Shown here: one piece after another, positions 1-12,641 of the stretch | How the letters are laid out: every line of letters begins with the position of its first letter | How positions within the stretch are numbered: position 1 is the stretch's first letter | Assembly (NCBI GenBank): GCA_973895155.1 | Contig: OZ316891.1 | Span: 12,026,771-12,090,770 of the forward strand | Length of the DNA: 64,000 bases | Origin: Marsupella aquatica | Taxonomy: Eukaryota > Plantae > Marchantiophyta | Reading direction: 5' to 3' | Notes under the pieces: generated by a model | Databases searched by the model: none | What the model was told of the DNA's origin: nothing | What the model saw: only the letters and a program-made list of their open reading frames with translations | Position numbers and translations under genes: made by a program

Positions 1-2690
1 TCGTCCTGTCTTGTGCAGTGGCACTGATAATTGTATAGGTTTGATTATCCCTAGACTTAATCAAAGCTCTTTCTCTTTTCTGAGGTCTACTTTTTCTCAC
101 CTTTCCTTTTCTTTTCAGAAAAATTCCCCTACTAAGCACCACTTAATCTTTCCTTCTTGGCCTTAGCTTTACTCTTTCTTTCCAAAATTGTGGCAGGATT
201 TTCTCCTCCAATCCTTTCCCTAAATGCCTCTGGTGCATTTTCCACTGTATAAGGTCAAATTTCTAGCCTTGGAGTTGACCATTCTCCAATAAGTTCCATG
301 GTAATCACCCTTATTTTTATTCCATCACTTTTTTACTGAATTCAAACCTTCTTTTGGCATTCACTGCCTGTACTTCAAACCTTCCTTGATTTGTTCCCCG
401 GCAGCGGCGCCAAAAATCTCATGTAGTTTGCTATGAAGAACCAAAAATACATTTAAAGGTCTTCAAACTCGGTATTCGTTCCCGTAAAGAACAAGATGGG
501 GTTGAGTGGTGGACCTCGCCACCCAGTGCCCTCACCAATCCCAGCACTCACGACCAAGTGCCATTGGTGCCCGAACGCCTCCAAGGAATACCTCGAGCAA
601 GAAACTTAGTGCCCCTTGCACCGCCAGTGGCCCCTCCCATATGAAGCCGCACTTGCTCTCTAGCACGATCGCTACTCAACGGTCCTCCCTATCTGCACAA
701 GCAACCAAGCACCTCAGTAAGTAACCCTTCAGGATCTAGAACTCGCCAAGTCTAGCTTCCTAACTCAAGCTCAACAGATGTTGGTAAATAGGTCAGCGAT
801 AGGTCCTCCCGATGCCATAAGCCAGAACCAGAACCCACGCCCATTGTCCGTCCAGGACAGCTCCTTCCTTGGACGCGGCCCGGGTTCCCCCTCGTACCTA
901 TCCATCACCAACTGACCGCCCTGACCTCAGGACATGCTCATGGCCCAAATAGCGTAGCTTGTCCCAAAGCTTGTCCTAAGCTTGTCCCAACACGCTGGGA
1001 CCAGGACGGCCCCGACTCTAGCAACCGCTCCTGGTTCGCCCCACTGGTGGTCTACGGGCCAAGCTCGCTTGGAACTCAGCCTCCACACCTACTTGGCCTT
1101 GCCTCCCCAACGCAAGCTCCCTTGGGAGACTGAACGCGGCTTGGCTGTTGTTCGGCAGGATTTGGGAAGCGGGCGAGCTAACACCCGCAAACCACAAGAA
1201 CCAACGGCACCCCTATACCCAGCTGAGCTCAAGAAGACGTAGCCCTCCTCAAGAGATTTCCAATGCACAAGATATCGCCATTTCCAAGAAACGGATATCG
1301 CCATTTCCGTTTGGCGGTTTCTCTTAGTGTCGCGACAATCGCGGCTCACGACTTTGACTCGGCCTTAGCCCCCAGGGAGACACCACTCCCCTCATATATG
1401 CTTCTGGAGACCTGCCACCCCCAGACCAGCTTTGGTCCCTAAACATTTGGCCCCCAACCCGGATCCCATCGCGCATAAAGGGCGCGCCACCAACTGGCAA
1501 CGCCCATAACTTTCTCGATAGGCATTTGCAAGCGGAGTGCCTTAGCCCGTTGTCACCGGGCCGACCCAGTGCTCATGCCTAGGCCCTCAGGTCTGATCGT
1601 CGCTTGGGGCCCCCGACCGGCCCAACCCGAATCGGGCCACAACTTGCGCCCCAAGCGTCCGTTGCCAATGGCATCAATTCCATTAGCCTTGGGCCCAAGA
1701 GGAGCCTACTCCCCAGCCCTCAGAACTCAAAGTCCGTCCGACGGTCCGGACGGCCATCCTTGAGCCTGGCCCATTTCCCCTTGACTCGACCAGCCATAGG
1801 CTAGTCCAAGTCCTTAGTGTGTGTCCCCAGCTTGGCCCCTTGCCTCGCCAGTGCCACGTCTCATTGTCCACAAGTCTCCCCATGCTAAGTCCTCCCCGGA
1901 TGGCCTATCCGGGCCTGGACCATAAGGGAGCTCGACGTCGGAGTAAGCGACGCCGGAGCTAAGTGTTAAGGTAGTCGAGTTCCACGACTGGTTGGTTTGA
2001 TAGATTTAAACAACAATAATAGACTTAAGATGTTTTTCACACATAGTAATCAAGTTTGATTACTTTACTAAGGTATTTTGAAGATCGCTCCATAGCGGTG
2101 AGTAGTTTTCAATGATAACTCAACATCATGTAACCATCAATTAATGAAAAGGGAATGATTAACAAAACACACCAAAAATATCTTAAAGTATGCTAAGGGA
2201 GTCTGGTATGTGCCAAGGTTACTCCTTAAACATCAGTCAAAATGAAATGACTTATGAGATTTAAATCCACATTGCTTTTCAGGTCTAAAATGCTTACTAG
2301 CTTACTAGTCTTTTAAAGTGTCGTCAACACGTCTTGTCTTTTCTTTCTAAGTGGTACTCAGACAAGATCTAAAAGGTAGCTACTTCAACATTTAGATGGT
2401 ACTAAGCAACATGAAAGAAAATCCATCAATTTCAATAAGACTTAAACTCAATGAGTTAACTTCAAGAACTTAGGAAATTGCAATGAGTCACCAAAGAGGA
2501 ATCTGTCATTACAACATCCAAAGATTTTGCACAAATCGATTTTACTTCCTGTGTTTATAAATAGAGGTGCAAAACACAAGAAGGAGGTAAGACTCTCCTG
2601 TTGTTAAACCTAATCTTGAACTCATAGATCAATGGGTTTAACACAAGGAATAGGCAAAAATGCATAACTTAACCATAAACTACACTAGTG
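1..2690 (-). mobile_element. Degenerate Athila/Tat-type Gypsy LTR retrotransposon 5' end (PBS plus LTR remnant) interrupted by a GC-rich insert (~490-1960)
   Basis: Minus strand 412-395 reads TGGCGCCGCTGCCGGGGA, the Athila/Tat-type primer-binding site, a few nt after an LTR-like ...ACTACA end (plus-strand TGTAG at 422). 1-390 is a stop-interrupted purine-rich ORF remnant on minus. Outer boundaries are approximate. Confidence 0.6.
395..412 (-). promoter_or_regulatory. Retrotransposon primer-binding site (Athila/Tat type)
   Basis: tccccggcagcggcgcca; reverse complement TGGCGCCGCTGCCGGGGA. Confidence 0.8.
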
Positions 2691-2721
2691 GTAGAGGGGT
2701 CTTATAGGGAAAATCTACAGG

Positions 2722-3483
2722 GTGAGAGGTCACAGGGTCTGCCCATGCCCAACTCCGGACGGGCACAACCTGGACCACCCGGAACTCTTTGTACCGGGTA
2801 CATTTCTAAATGGGCTGTTAGGAGATTTCTCCCAACAGATTGCACAAGATACCGGGGAGTTCATGGCCCGGAAGGTAGCCTACTTCTTCAACCAGGAGTT
2901 GGTTACTGCAGTAAAGGCCGGCCGGGCTCAATCGGAGGCCCTTCAAAGAATAGAGCGGTACCGGGTTGAGTCTATGTACCTAAAGGACAAAGTTGCGGCT
3001 CAAGAGGCTGAGCTTCTGCAACTACAACCCAAGGTTGCAGCCGCCGATGAGTTGTTAGCAGAGGCGCGCGCCCTTACCGCCTTAGCCGAATAGGCCAAAG
3101 CTGGGATGGAGGCCGAGATTGCACGGCTCCGGACCCAGGTTGACAGTTTGAAGAACCAAACTATCATCTGGCAAAAAGACCTAGAGGAGGCCGAAGAGCG
3201 AGCCTAGGGTAACACTGTGGAGATTGCGGCCCTGCAGGCCGAAGTGGCACGGCTTCAAACTGAAGCCGAGAAATAGACCCATATGGTGGACAAGCTGACG
3301 AGCAACGCCCAGCAACTGGAAGAGGCATGCCAGGAGGCAGCTGAGGAGACGGACGTGGCGAAGCGAGAGAACGAATCTCTGTTAGACCAAGTCGAGCTCC
3401 TCAAGATGGACAATGACACACTCTGTAGGCAATGGGATGGCCGCTCCCACTCGGACGGCTCTGGCAAGCGCACCAGGCATTAG
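2722..3483 (+). pseudogene. Degenerate coiled-coil accessory ORF of a Gypsy-type retroelement
   Basis: One frame rich in A/E/L/Q heptads (LKDKVAAQEAELLQLQPKVAAADELLAEA...LEEACQEAAEE), broken by in-frame TAG codons consistent with CAG>TAG decay. Confidence 0.55.
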
Positions 3484-3704
3484 CGGAGAGTTAGGCTTAG
3501 AATAGAACTAGGAGTAGCTAAAACAGGCTGTTAGGACAAGCGCCGACCAGAAGATAGCGGTGCTGACACATTAGCCAGCCTGGGTAGAATAGGTTAGACT
3601 AATAGGACAAGTCGTAACCAGCTTAGCAAGGATATAAGTTAGCGTAGATTCGTGCACGAGGCCAGGCTGGTCCTCAGCCCTTAGTATTTAGCAGCCCCCC
3701 GGTA

Positions 3705-4363
3705 GAGGCACGAGGGGGGATTTTTAGACTCAGAAGTTGACCATTCGCGGTACGCACGGGGAGTCTCGAACTCGGTGAAGTGCCGGAGTGCCAAGGGGAG
3801 GATATACGACTAAGCTCATTGGGCGAGTGCGGAGCCGGGCTCCATTGTAGTGTATACTCCTCGGCCTTGGGCCCATTCATTCATGAGGTGTTGGGTCACC
3901 CAATCGTAAGTGTATGATCAAAGATGAATGAAATCATTTCCCATCAATTCCTTCATGTAAATCAAGATTTCTGCTTATGTATGAATGCATGTATGAGTCT
4001 CGTGTGCAAGTGTCAGTGCTGGGCCAAACACGTCATGCCAAACGTGCACGGGGTGCAGGTTACGGGTACGGGGTTGCGAGCCCGGGTTGAGCACTTGTAC
4101 TAATAGATCCGGATCGAAGGCGGTAACGTGAAGGCTTAGAAGTCCATAAGCAGGGGTCGACCCATGTCAACTAAGGTACGTTCCGGCGGCGGAACACAAA
4201 GCATACCTAAGCGTGCTCGTAAGTAAATGTATGCGCACTTAGCGCTAGTTTGGGAGAATTACACGCACTCCGCACGTCCCTCCCTGCCCAAACCCGAATA
4301 CTAAGAAGGGAAGTGTCCATCTTAGACGTGGATAGGCCTAAGGACTAGGCCGACGGTGTGACA
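3705..4363 (+). mobile_element. Putative polypurine tract and 3' LTR of a Gypsy element
   Basis: GAGGGGGGA at 3712-3720, followed by ~640 bp ending in GGTGTGACA (4363), a typical LTR 3' end. The expected 5' TG is not intact. Confidence 0.4.
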
Positions 4364-4914
4364 ATAACACAAATTTGAGGAGACATTCTTCAAGTGTGAG
4401 CTTATTTCGATGACCCATGCCGTTGTGGACCTCCCCACTATATATATACCTACATGGCCTGCAATTAGAGGTAGTACACACAAACATAGATCTGTATACT
4501 CTAGAATTATTATGAAGTTTGTCAACTCAATCAACCATCCTAGTAAAATTTTCATTGATTGTAAACATCCTTCATACCCATGTTTGAATCTGTATATTAC
4601 ATCATGTCTGATGTCTCCAATTCATAAGAATTGACGAGGCCCAATTGTTGTGGACAATAGAAGCAGACTGATAAATGAGCATGTACTCATTTTCTTCCTC
4701 ATTAAACATGTCATCATTATCACTACAATTATCCACATTACTCTCAATTGATTTATCATTATTTGGTACCTAAAGAGCCATCAATGTTTCTGTCGGCCAT
4801 CATGTCATTGTCAAATTTGATCCAAATTGATTAAATTGAAATTGATGGTCCAATGAAGTTGATTGTTGGTCCAATGGAATTGAGTTTCTATTTTGATACA
4901 ATCTAATTGCAATG

Positions 4915-5885
4915 GAGGTATAATTAATATGCTTAATGGGCCCTCTGGTGTAACTTTCTTACTTGATGGGCCCCTACAAGACATTTTTTTACCTAGTAGG
5001 CCCTCTGCTACACTTTTGCGTCAATTGTTCTTCTAGCATTCACTCTAACCAATTTTTGTTTCATGCATTGACCAACTACATTTTCAAAAAACTATGTGGT
5101 CAAGTATGATTGTAAGGCAAATTGTATCGTCAAACACCCAACCTTGCATGGTCAAACAAAAAGGTCAAACAATGTACTGTAGTTAGGGGAACCGCAGAAT
5201 TGCAATCACAGCTACCCAAATTGCAAAGTGAAGACAATATGGATTATGTCTTTGGATTTGAATTTCAGTGCTCCACACAGGGTTTTGTTGATGTTTTTGA
5301 TTTGGGACTATCAGTTCGAAGGACATGTGCGGTTGCTATGATCCTGGTACTTCCACTAGCATTTTTTTTGTCACTGGCCATTGGACACTTGTTTTCTATC
5401 ACTAGGCACTGGGCTTCAATCAACAACTTGAAGGTATCAACAAAACCTGAGCATTGAGCATCGACAAAATGAGCGCTTCCCTCCTGCTACACAAAGAATC
5501 AAAGAGCGACTATTATTAGGTAGCGGTGACAACCCTAAACTGCTCACAACACACAAATACATAGTGCAATATGTCTTCATGGCTAAACTCGCCCCACCCT
5601 ATTTAGAACCCCGTTGTTGACTGTGTTGTTAGCCACTGGGTTGGGATCATGGTTCCCTATGGCGCGGACGTGATGAACTGGACATAAACACGCTGTGTAC
5701 AACATAGGCCTTATTGTGGTCAGCTACACAATTTGGCACCTCACAAGTATAGTGAGTACGGCTCATTAAGAGGGGGCCTATTAGGTAAAGACAGTTTCCT
5801 AGGGGCCTATAAGGTAAGAATTTTTTTGTAGGGCCCATCAAGTAAGAAAGTTACACTAGAGGGCCCATCAAGCATAGTACATCTC
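4915..5885. mobile_element. Non-autonomous Mutator-like element (MULE) with long TIRs and 10-bp TSD
   Basis: Direct repeat AATTGCAATG at 4905-4914 and 5886-5895. ~90-bp imperfect terminal inverted repeats starting GAG (atgcttaatgggccctctggtgtaactttcttacttgatggg... versus its reverse complement at ~5790-5885). Confidence 0.85.
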
Positions 5886-7289
5886 AATTGCAATGTGTCT
5901 AGCTGTGAGTAAAATTTGTATGTAAATTGAAGAATTTGATCAATAGAAATCAATGTTTCCTGTAATTGTGAATTGTGGAAATTGAAGAATGTTCACCCAT
6001 CAACCATCAGCTTGTTTGTTACAGTAAAATATCCAACAATAACAACAATTATGATAGGATTAATGTAAAGGCAAAACTCTAAAATTGAATTTTGTTTGTG
6101 GGATTGTTGAGAGCTTTGCAACTGAAGATCAGGGCAACATTAATGGTCTGCTGCCAAGAGTGGGACCATGTAGTGGTAGGCTAGAAGCAAGGCAAAGCCC
6201 TCTGCAGTGGATGTCCTTTGAGCTATGGAAGTCCTTTGACCCATGGAGGTGATGCAAGTGCCACAGGGCATAGAGGTCACCTGAGTACTGTGGTCTATGG
6301 AGGTCCTGATCTTATTGCACAATTCGTCTAAGGAGAGCAGCGTTGGATTTTGGGGAAGAGAGGTGAGAAGGAAGAGAGGTGAGAGGGGTTGTGCTCCCCT
6401 AAAAAAGTGGCCCTAAAAGTCATCTTCTAACTCAAGTTGGAGGTTAATCAAAGTACACCTCTTAACTCACCTGCTTATTTACCAAAGGGTTGCTACAAGG
6501 GAGCTTTTGGAAAGTTTAAGGAAACACACTTAAAAAAACCAAATAGAGAATCTGGCCCTGATTTTGGCCCCTTAACATTAAGGATAACTATAATAGAGAA
6601 GGAAGTTGGGCTAGCAGTGAGAGGAGGGCACCAGGGGGGGGGGGGGGGGGGTTACCAGGCCAGTCCATTGGCCAATGTATTTTGGGGATTGTTTGTATTG
6701 TGTGTTTGAAGCATGCCTGGACAAACTTAATAGTGGGGCAGACAAACTTTTTTCCTAGGCAAGAGGCTTGACATGGGTATGGCGTGAGTCTTTCACAACA
6801 TTAGAGTAGTGGGTTCATTGGGATTTACCACATAAGAACACTCTCATGTAGAACAAAAAGGGACCAATAGTTGCATTGGTGATGATTGTTTTTTGCCACG
6901 AAGAATGCCTAAGGATAACAAGTTAGTAGTCACACTGCCTCACTCCCTTTGACAATATGAACGCACTCCACCTTTTGTATGCCTATCTAAATCCATCAAA
7001 TTTATTAAAGGTGATTTACATCCAAATCACCAATATTCTAGAAGATGTTTGCTCTGTTAGCGCATGATTGGAATTGGGTGGAATAATTCTTTGCAAATCT
7101 CAGGAGATCATAGGGTAGTCCATCCATATAGGATACATGGATCTTCTTGAAAATTAGTCACAATTTACAATTATGAGCATGAAGTTTGCTTATAACCACC
7201 ATAAGTATAGTTTGCTCATGCAATGTACCCAAATGAGCAAACTGGGTTTTTGTAGATTGCCGCTTTTTTCGATTAAAAACCACAATGCC

Positions 7290-8070
7290 ACATTCTTTTT
7301 GTCAAAGGTTAGCCACAAGCCATCGAACTGCCTTGAGGTTGTGACAAAGAAAAATCCTATGATTCCATCTCCCTTGTCAGATTCACACACCCCCATGACT
7401 GGTCTCCTAGGGCTAAGCTCCACTCTCCTAGGGTCTTTGTGGTTGTGCTTGTTTTTGGGCTGTCGTGTTTCCTGTGGCCTGACGGTTTTCTCGGATTCAC
7501 CTGGGCCTTGGTCTTTCTTTGTTGAGCATTGATGACATTCACAATGGCAAGCCCATGAACCATCTAACGCACAATAGTTGACACAGAGAGATACGTGGTT
7601 CACCTCCACATGAGGCTACGTCCACGGGAACACACAAGAGCTTTACTGCACTCTAGACCGACCGGCCATACCAAGCATCCACAACACAAGCTCTCTCTAT
7701 CTCTCAACTAGCTCCGTAACAATGAGCCTAAATTTCACCAGGGTCTGACATCAGCCCTGGCTATGTGCACAACAGCATTACCGCTAACATTAGCTAAGTC
7801 CTAACCCGAGTTAGCCTAACTGTAGTTAGTTCATGAGTCACAAGACTAGAGCAATATCTAACATTCTTTTGGTGTTTGTTGGCCTGTTGCCCTGTCCCCT
7901 CTGTTGTGGCTTGTTGGGGGCCGGCACTCTTGCCTGGGGGGGGCTTTCGGGTGCCCTGGTTCTCGACTTGTTTTTCTCGTCCCCCTGGTTCGCCGAGGGG
8001 TCTACTTAAATAAATTTTGTGCCCTGTCACTTCACTTCTCCCCAAAAAAAAGAAAAAATGAAAAAAACAG
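7290..8070 (+). mobile_element. Probable non-LTR retroelement (LINE/SINE) 3' end with A-rich tail, interrupted by a solo LTR
   Basis: T/G/C-rich 3'UTR-like sequence continues across the solo LTR and ends in aataaa...cccc-aaaaaaaagaaaaaatgaaaaaaac (8044-8068). 5' limit is uncertain. Confidence 0.4.
7520..7863 (-). mobile_element. Solo LTR (Copia-like)
   Basis: TGTT...AACA termini, 5-bp TSD TTCTT (7515-7519 and 7864-7868), Copia U5-like motif CCCGTGGACGTAGCC...GAACCACGT on minus, homologous to 27167-27442. Confidence 0.85.
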
Positions 8071-9360
8071 AAGAAGCTCCCCTCTCCTCCACCCTCACGA
8101 TAGGCCCCAACACACTCTACTCCGAGGGTGATGGGAACTACGAGATGCTCCAATGTGGCAATCTCACGGCCCTGGTATCCTTGGTTGTTGACCAAAAAAT
8201 GATATTGAATAACTAATCTGAAAATCAGTGGCAAAGTGGTTATGTTTGACCAAAAAAAGTGCCGATCTAGGAAAATCCAGAACTAGCAAAATGGACCCCG
8301 AGCCAGGCAGTTTCAGGCGAATCAAGTTGATGCTGTTGTGAAGGCGAACACAATGATGTAGTAGACGCTGCTCGACGACGTGGGCAAACGTGGGGACATG
8401 GCAACGACCTGGCATTTCGCACGAGTATGTCCCGCCGAAGGCAGCAGGACGAGATGCGGCAGCACCTCCTTTCCGCATCGATGGATTTAGATGTGGATGA
8501 TGGCCGCCCAGGACTTTTTGCGTCGGCGTTGATGCCCTTTCTTGTCACGGCCGCTTTACTCGTAGTCAGTCCTTTCTTGGTGTGCTGACTGACGATGGTG
8601 TATAATCGTGATTATTCTGGTCGGAGAGGGTGAGATCGATGGAATAGGGAGTGAGGGGGCCGGTTAGTGAGTTAGTGATAAAGTGAGTGAATTTATCCGA
8701 TCCGAACGGCAAAGCGAACTGACGAACCACATTAGTCTCAAGGAGATGTGGATTTGCCGACAGTCTGGCATTGTGAAAGCATCTATCCATCAACACATCG
8801 GAACATTCTTGTGTCTCGGTAGCAATTCGTGCTCTGTGGCCTGTTTTTTTATTACGCACAAGAAAGAGACAAATTGAGAACGGCGGAGTTGAAATCGGAT
8901 AGTAATCTAGACAGAGATCTACTGTAGATCTGTCGAGATCTCGCCTGTAAATGCTCGTGTGGATTTGTTTGTCTCTCACCTTGCCTTCTGTCATCCTGCT
9001 GCCCTCGCTGCGCTTCCTTTCTTAATGTGCAGAAGAAGAAGACGGAGCATCAGCAACACTGTCTCGGGGGGGGGGGGGGGGGTGGGGGGGGTGCACGAGA
9101 GATTTTCACAGCCAATTCAGATTCAAGTAGGTTGTGGCGATCGGTGGCGACTCTACAGTAGATAGGGTGCTGGAGGGGCAGACTATTATTGGGCGATGAC
9201 GTTGTGGGGCCAATGAGGGGTCGATGTATGTAGATTCAAGGGGAAGGAGAGCAGGGAAATTGGAGGGTTTTTGGTTTAGGTCTGTAGCTTTGGCGTGTTG
9301 AGAAGGAGAAAGAGGACGAGAAGGGCAAGGAAGGAGGCGGAAGGCAGGGAAGTTGGTGGG

Positions 9361-12300
9361 ATGGATTTTTACGTTCAGAAAGCCAAGCTCTTCGCGTTTG
9401 AGACGGCCAAGAGGTCGCAGGAGATTGCGACACAAGCTGCGAAGCTATCGCAAGATCTAGCAACAGAGACCGCGAAGAGATCCAAAGAGCTAGCGACGGA
9501 AACGGCCAAGCTATCTAAAGAACTTGCAATTGATGTTACCAAGAAAGCGGATCAGCTCAAGGCATATGCAGGAGATCTGACGCCCACTGTTGCAGCCCCG
9601 AGAGGGCCTGCAGCTCCGCCCCAACCCTCAGAGGAAGAACTTGAAGAATACGGGATTACCCCAGAGCTTCGGGAATTCGTGAAAGGGCTCACCATAAAGA
9701 CATTCAGGGACTTCCCCATTGATGGACCGGACGGTAATTCTCAACCCCTGTCATGTCTCGGTGTCTTTCGAGCGTTCAGACAAATGCTGGTGGTTCCATA
9801 GTTACTACCCTGTTCCAGGATATAGATCATATTGCTGCGGCCACGAGCAACCGCATTTTCCTTGAATAAACACCCAGGATGGTCGTTACGTAGTTATCAC
9901 GCCGTTCGAGTGAGTAGAACAGACTGCTGCAGTAGCAACAGTAACCTCATTCTCCTTGAATGAACGCCCAGCATTTGCCGATGTCGCTTTTCATCCTTCG
10001 TCCCGGGCTTCTTACCTAGTTGTCCGTAGAAAATTGTGAACATCTCACCTAGTTTAGTTTATGATTTGGAAGACCTTCTAGGTTGAGCATGTGGAGCAAG
10101 CAACAAATTAAGATGACGGGTGGTCAACAAGGGCCTGGCCGTCAATCTTAAGATCTCTTTCTGCCAGGGTTTCTCCGCTGATAATGAGGAGACAGCGATT
10201 GGGTTTATGGGAACGGTGAGGAAGACCTTTAGAGGTTTGGAAGAAATTCCCTTTCACGTGACACCTGAGGCGAATTGAATTCTGTGAAGCTCCTAAAAAC
10301 TGTGCCCGATCTGCTATCTTGCTTGTCAACGCACTAAGATGTTAAGGTGATACAAGTTAGGATTGAGATTACTAGCTGGTAGGAGTTTCCCTTGTCCTTG
10401 TCAACGTCCACCAACTAGTGAGTATAGCCTGAAGCCATTGGTGGGGATGAATTGCCCTATGTGAACAGAATCAAATCTCGGGTATGGATGAGTTTTTCAA
10501 CTATCTGATGAGAATAGTCTTTTGCCTTTTGACAGGTGGGTTTCGAACGGAAACTGGGGGTGAGCAAACTGGGTGTCAGACTGGGAAGCAGGATTTGACT
10601 GCATGGCGGGAGAGGCATGCTGTGTTGGTGCTCTCTGCTGTCAAGGTAAGACTTACCTCCTTCCTCGCATACTGTCTTTCTCATCTCACTCTTTGGTGGT
10701 TGACAGCAACTCTCCTCATCCGCTTCTCTTGGACGTTTCAACGCTCGAGTTGTCATTCAAATTCGTTTTTCTTGGATGGTTTAGGGATTTTCTGTTAATC
10801 ATTTCGAGGTGGTAATAAACTTGTTAGTACCTGAGCGGAAATGTTTTTGGATGCTGCTTCTTGCAGGAGATTTCAGACTTCCGCTATGTCTTATGCCCTC
10901 GGCGGATGAATGAGACTCGCTTCTGGAGAATATATTTCACTTTGGTCCAAAACCAAATTTTTGGGTAAGTCTCGCGTAGCTCTTTAACTGATAACCTCGC
11001 CGCGATAAGACTGCTACAGATCAACGCATAGTTATCTATGAAAAATCATGTATGTTATTCATTTAATCAGGCAGTCGTCAGAGTTATATTGGTTCCCTGG
11101 ATCGATTATTGAACAATCGCTGTTGCGAGTTTGATAGGCAGGATTCTGTTTCAAAAACAATTCGAAGAAGTGACGGTGGAAGGATGACCATGGAATGATG
11201 AGGCTATAGACAATGACATCAGTGGGCAGTTGGGTAATAGCCAAGCAGGAGTGAGGGCAGAAGGAAAAGTAATACCTGTTGGCTTGCACAGGATATAGTT
11301 AGGAGGATAGTCGAGATATCCTAGCATATTGAACTGTCAATAGACCGTTCATCTGGTTCGATTTGTGAGAGGTTGTTCTCAGACTCACCAGTGGGATGCT
11401 ATTCCATAGGGTGGGCGTATACTTTCTGGTTAGTACAATTTGGGCCGGTATAAACATAAATGAGGATTCCTTGAAGTAGTGTTGAGATTAGCAAGGATTC
11501 AGCAGTGTATTCATCACCACTTTTTGGCTTGCTCCTTTTGCAGATCAGAGGATCGTGCATTAGAAAAAGAAGTTGCTCTTGCTCGAGAGAGAGAAATAAA
11601 ACTGTTATCTCAACGAGGAGAGACAGACGAGGAGCGTGATAGGGACTTGAGACCACCGCCACCATATCCAGGCGACGAAGGCGTGAAAATCAAAGGTGGA
11701 GGTGATTCTAGTTCCGCTAAGCACGCAGATGACCTGGATGCCTATCTCCTGGGAGCACTGGATAGTAGCGATGAGGGGATTGGTATGTCTTTCTGTGATG
11801 GCCGTTATTATGGCTATTTTTGCGCTTTGTATTTTTTCCAGTGTGTGTGTAGGCAGTGCGAATTGAAGTTACACATAAAGAGTCTCAATTTGGCATGATC
11901 TTGCACGAGATCTTGCACCACTTTCAACTTCACCAGATTTCCTGCTCATGCTATGTAACAATGGTCGCAACGAGTCCTCGTTATTAAACATTTGCTTCCA
12001 GGTCCTGTTTAATTGTCTACAATCTAGCTGAGTCTGTCATTGTAACAGATGGAGACGACGACGACGGTTTTGATGCCGATTTTGATCAACTCGTCAATAG
12101 TGCTGTAAGACTCTTATTTCTACCATGGAGTGGGTGGCATAGTTTTGTAGTCCTTTGAGCCAACGGTTCAATGGCCTTGTTCTTCACAAATACCTTTTAG
12201 TTTGAAAGTAACAATACCCTGCAACACATTGGAATTTTGGCAGGCATGAGAATATTATCGGATGCATAGAAGCAGACAATTGAGTGATAAGTGGAAGTCC

Positions 12301-12641
12301 TGCAAAGTTCTGATAAGTGTGGCACGTCTTTTAGCGCCAGGAAAGTTTGCCACTGAAGAAGATTTAGCACAGGAACACTAAGGAAATCCGTTATTTGGCT
12401 GACCTTATATCACTGCTAGCTCAGGGTGAGTAATATTTTGCAGGTTGACAGCGATGGTGAAGTTGAAGCATCACATATTGACTCTAACACTGACAACCAG
12501 AAGACCAATCAATCAATGCCGTCGTCCACTTCGAAGCCTCTGGCCACCAGTGAAGGATCATCAGATGGTGAACTAGTCGAGATTCCAGACAGCGAGACTG
12601 AACAAACATCTCGGTCGTCAGTGGCAGAGACACCCTTGTAG
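9361..12641 (+). CDS. BSD domain-containing protein; exons 9361-9733, 10536-10645, 10867-10964, 11544-11782, 12049-12104, 12444-12641
   Basis: GT-AG introns with consistent phases. Motifs YGITPELREFVKGLTIKTFRDFP, QDLTAWRERHAVLVLSAVK, EISDFRYVLCPRRMNETRFWRIYFTLV (BSD core FW motif) and acidic tail DDLDAYLLGAL. Confidence 0.9.

Noticed and set aside
2686-2700. tRNA-Met PBS (TGGTATCAGAG)
   Set aside because: The sequence is TGGTAGAGGGG, too short a match to call
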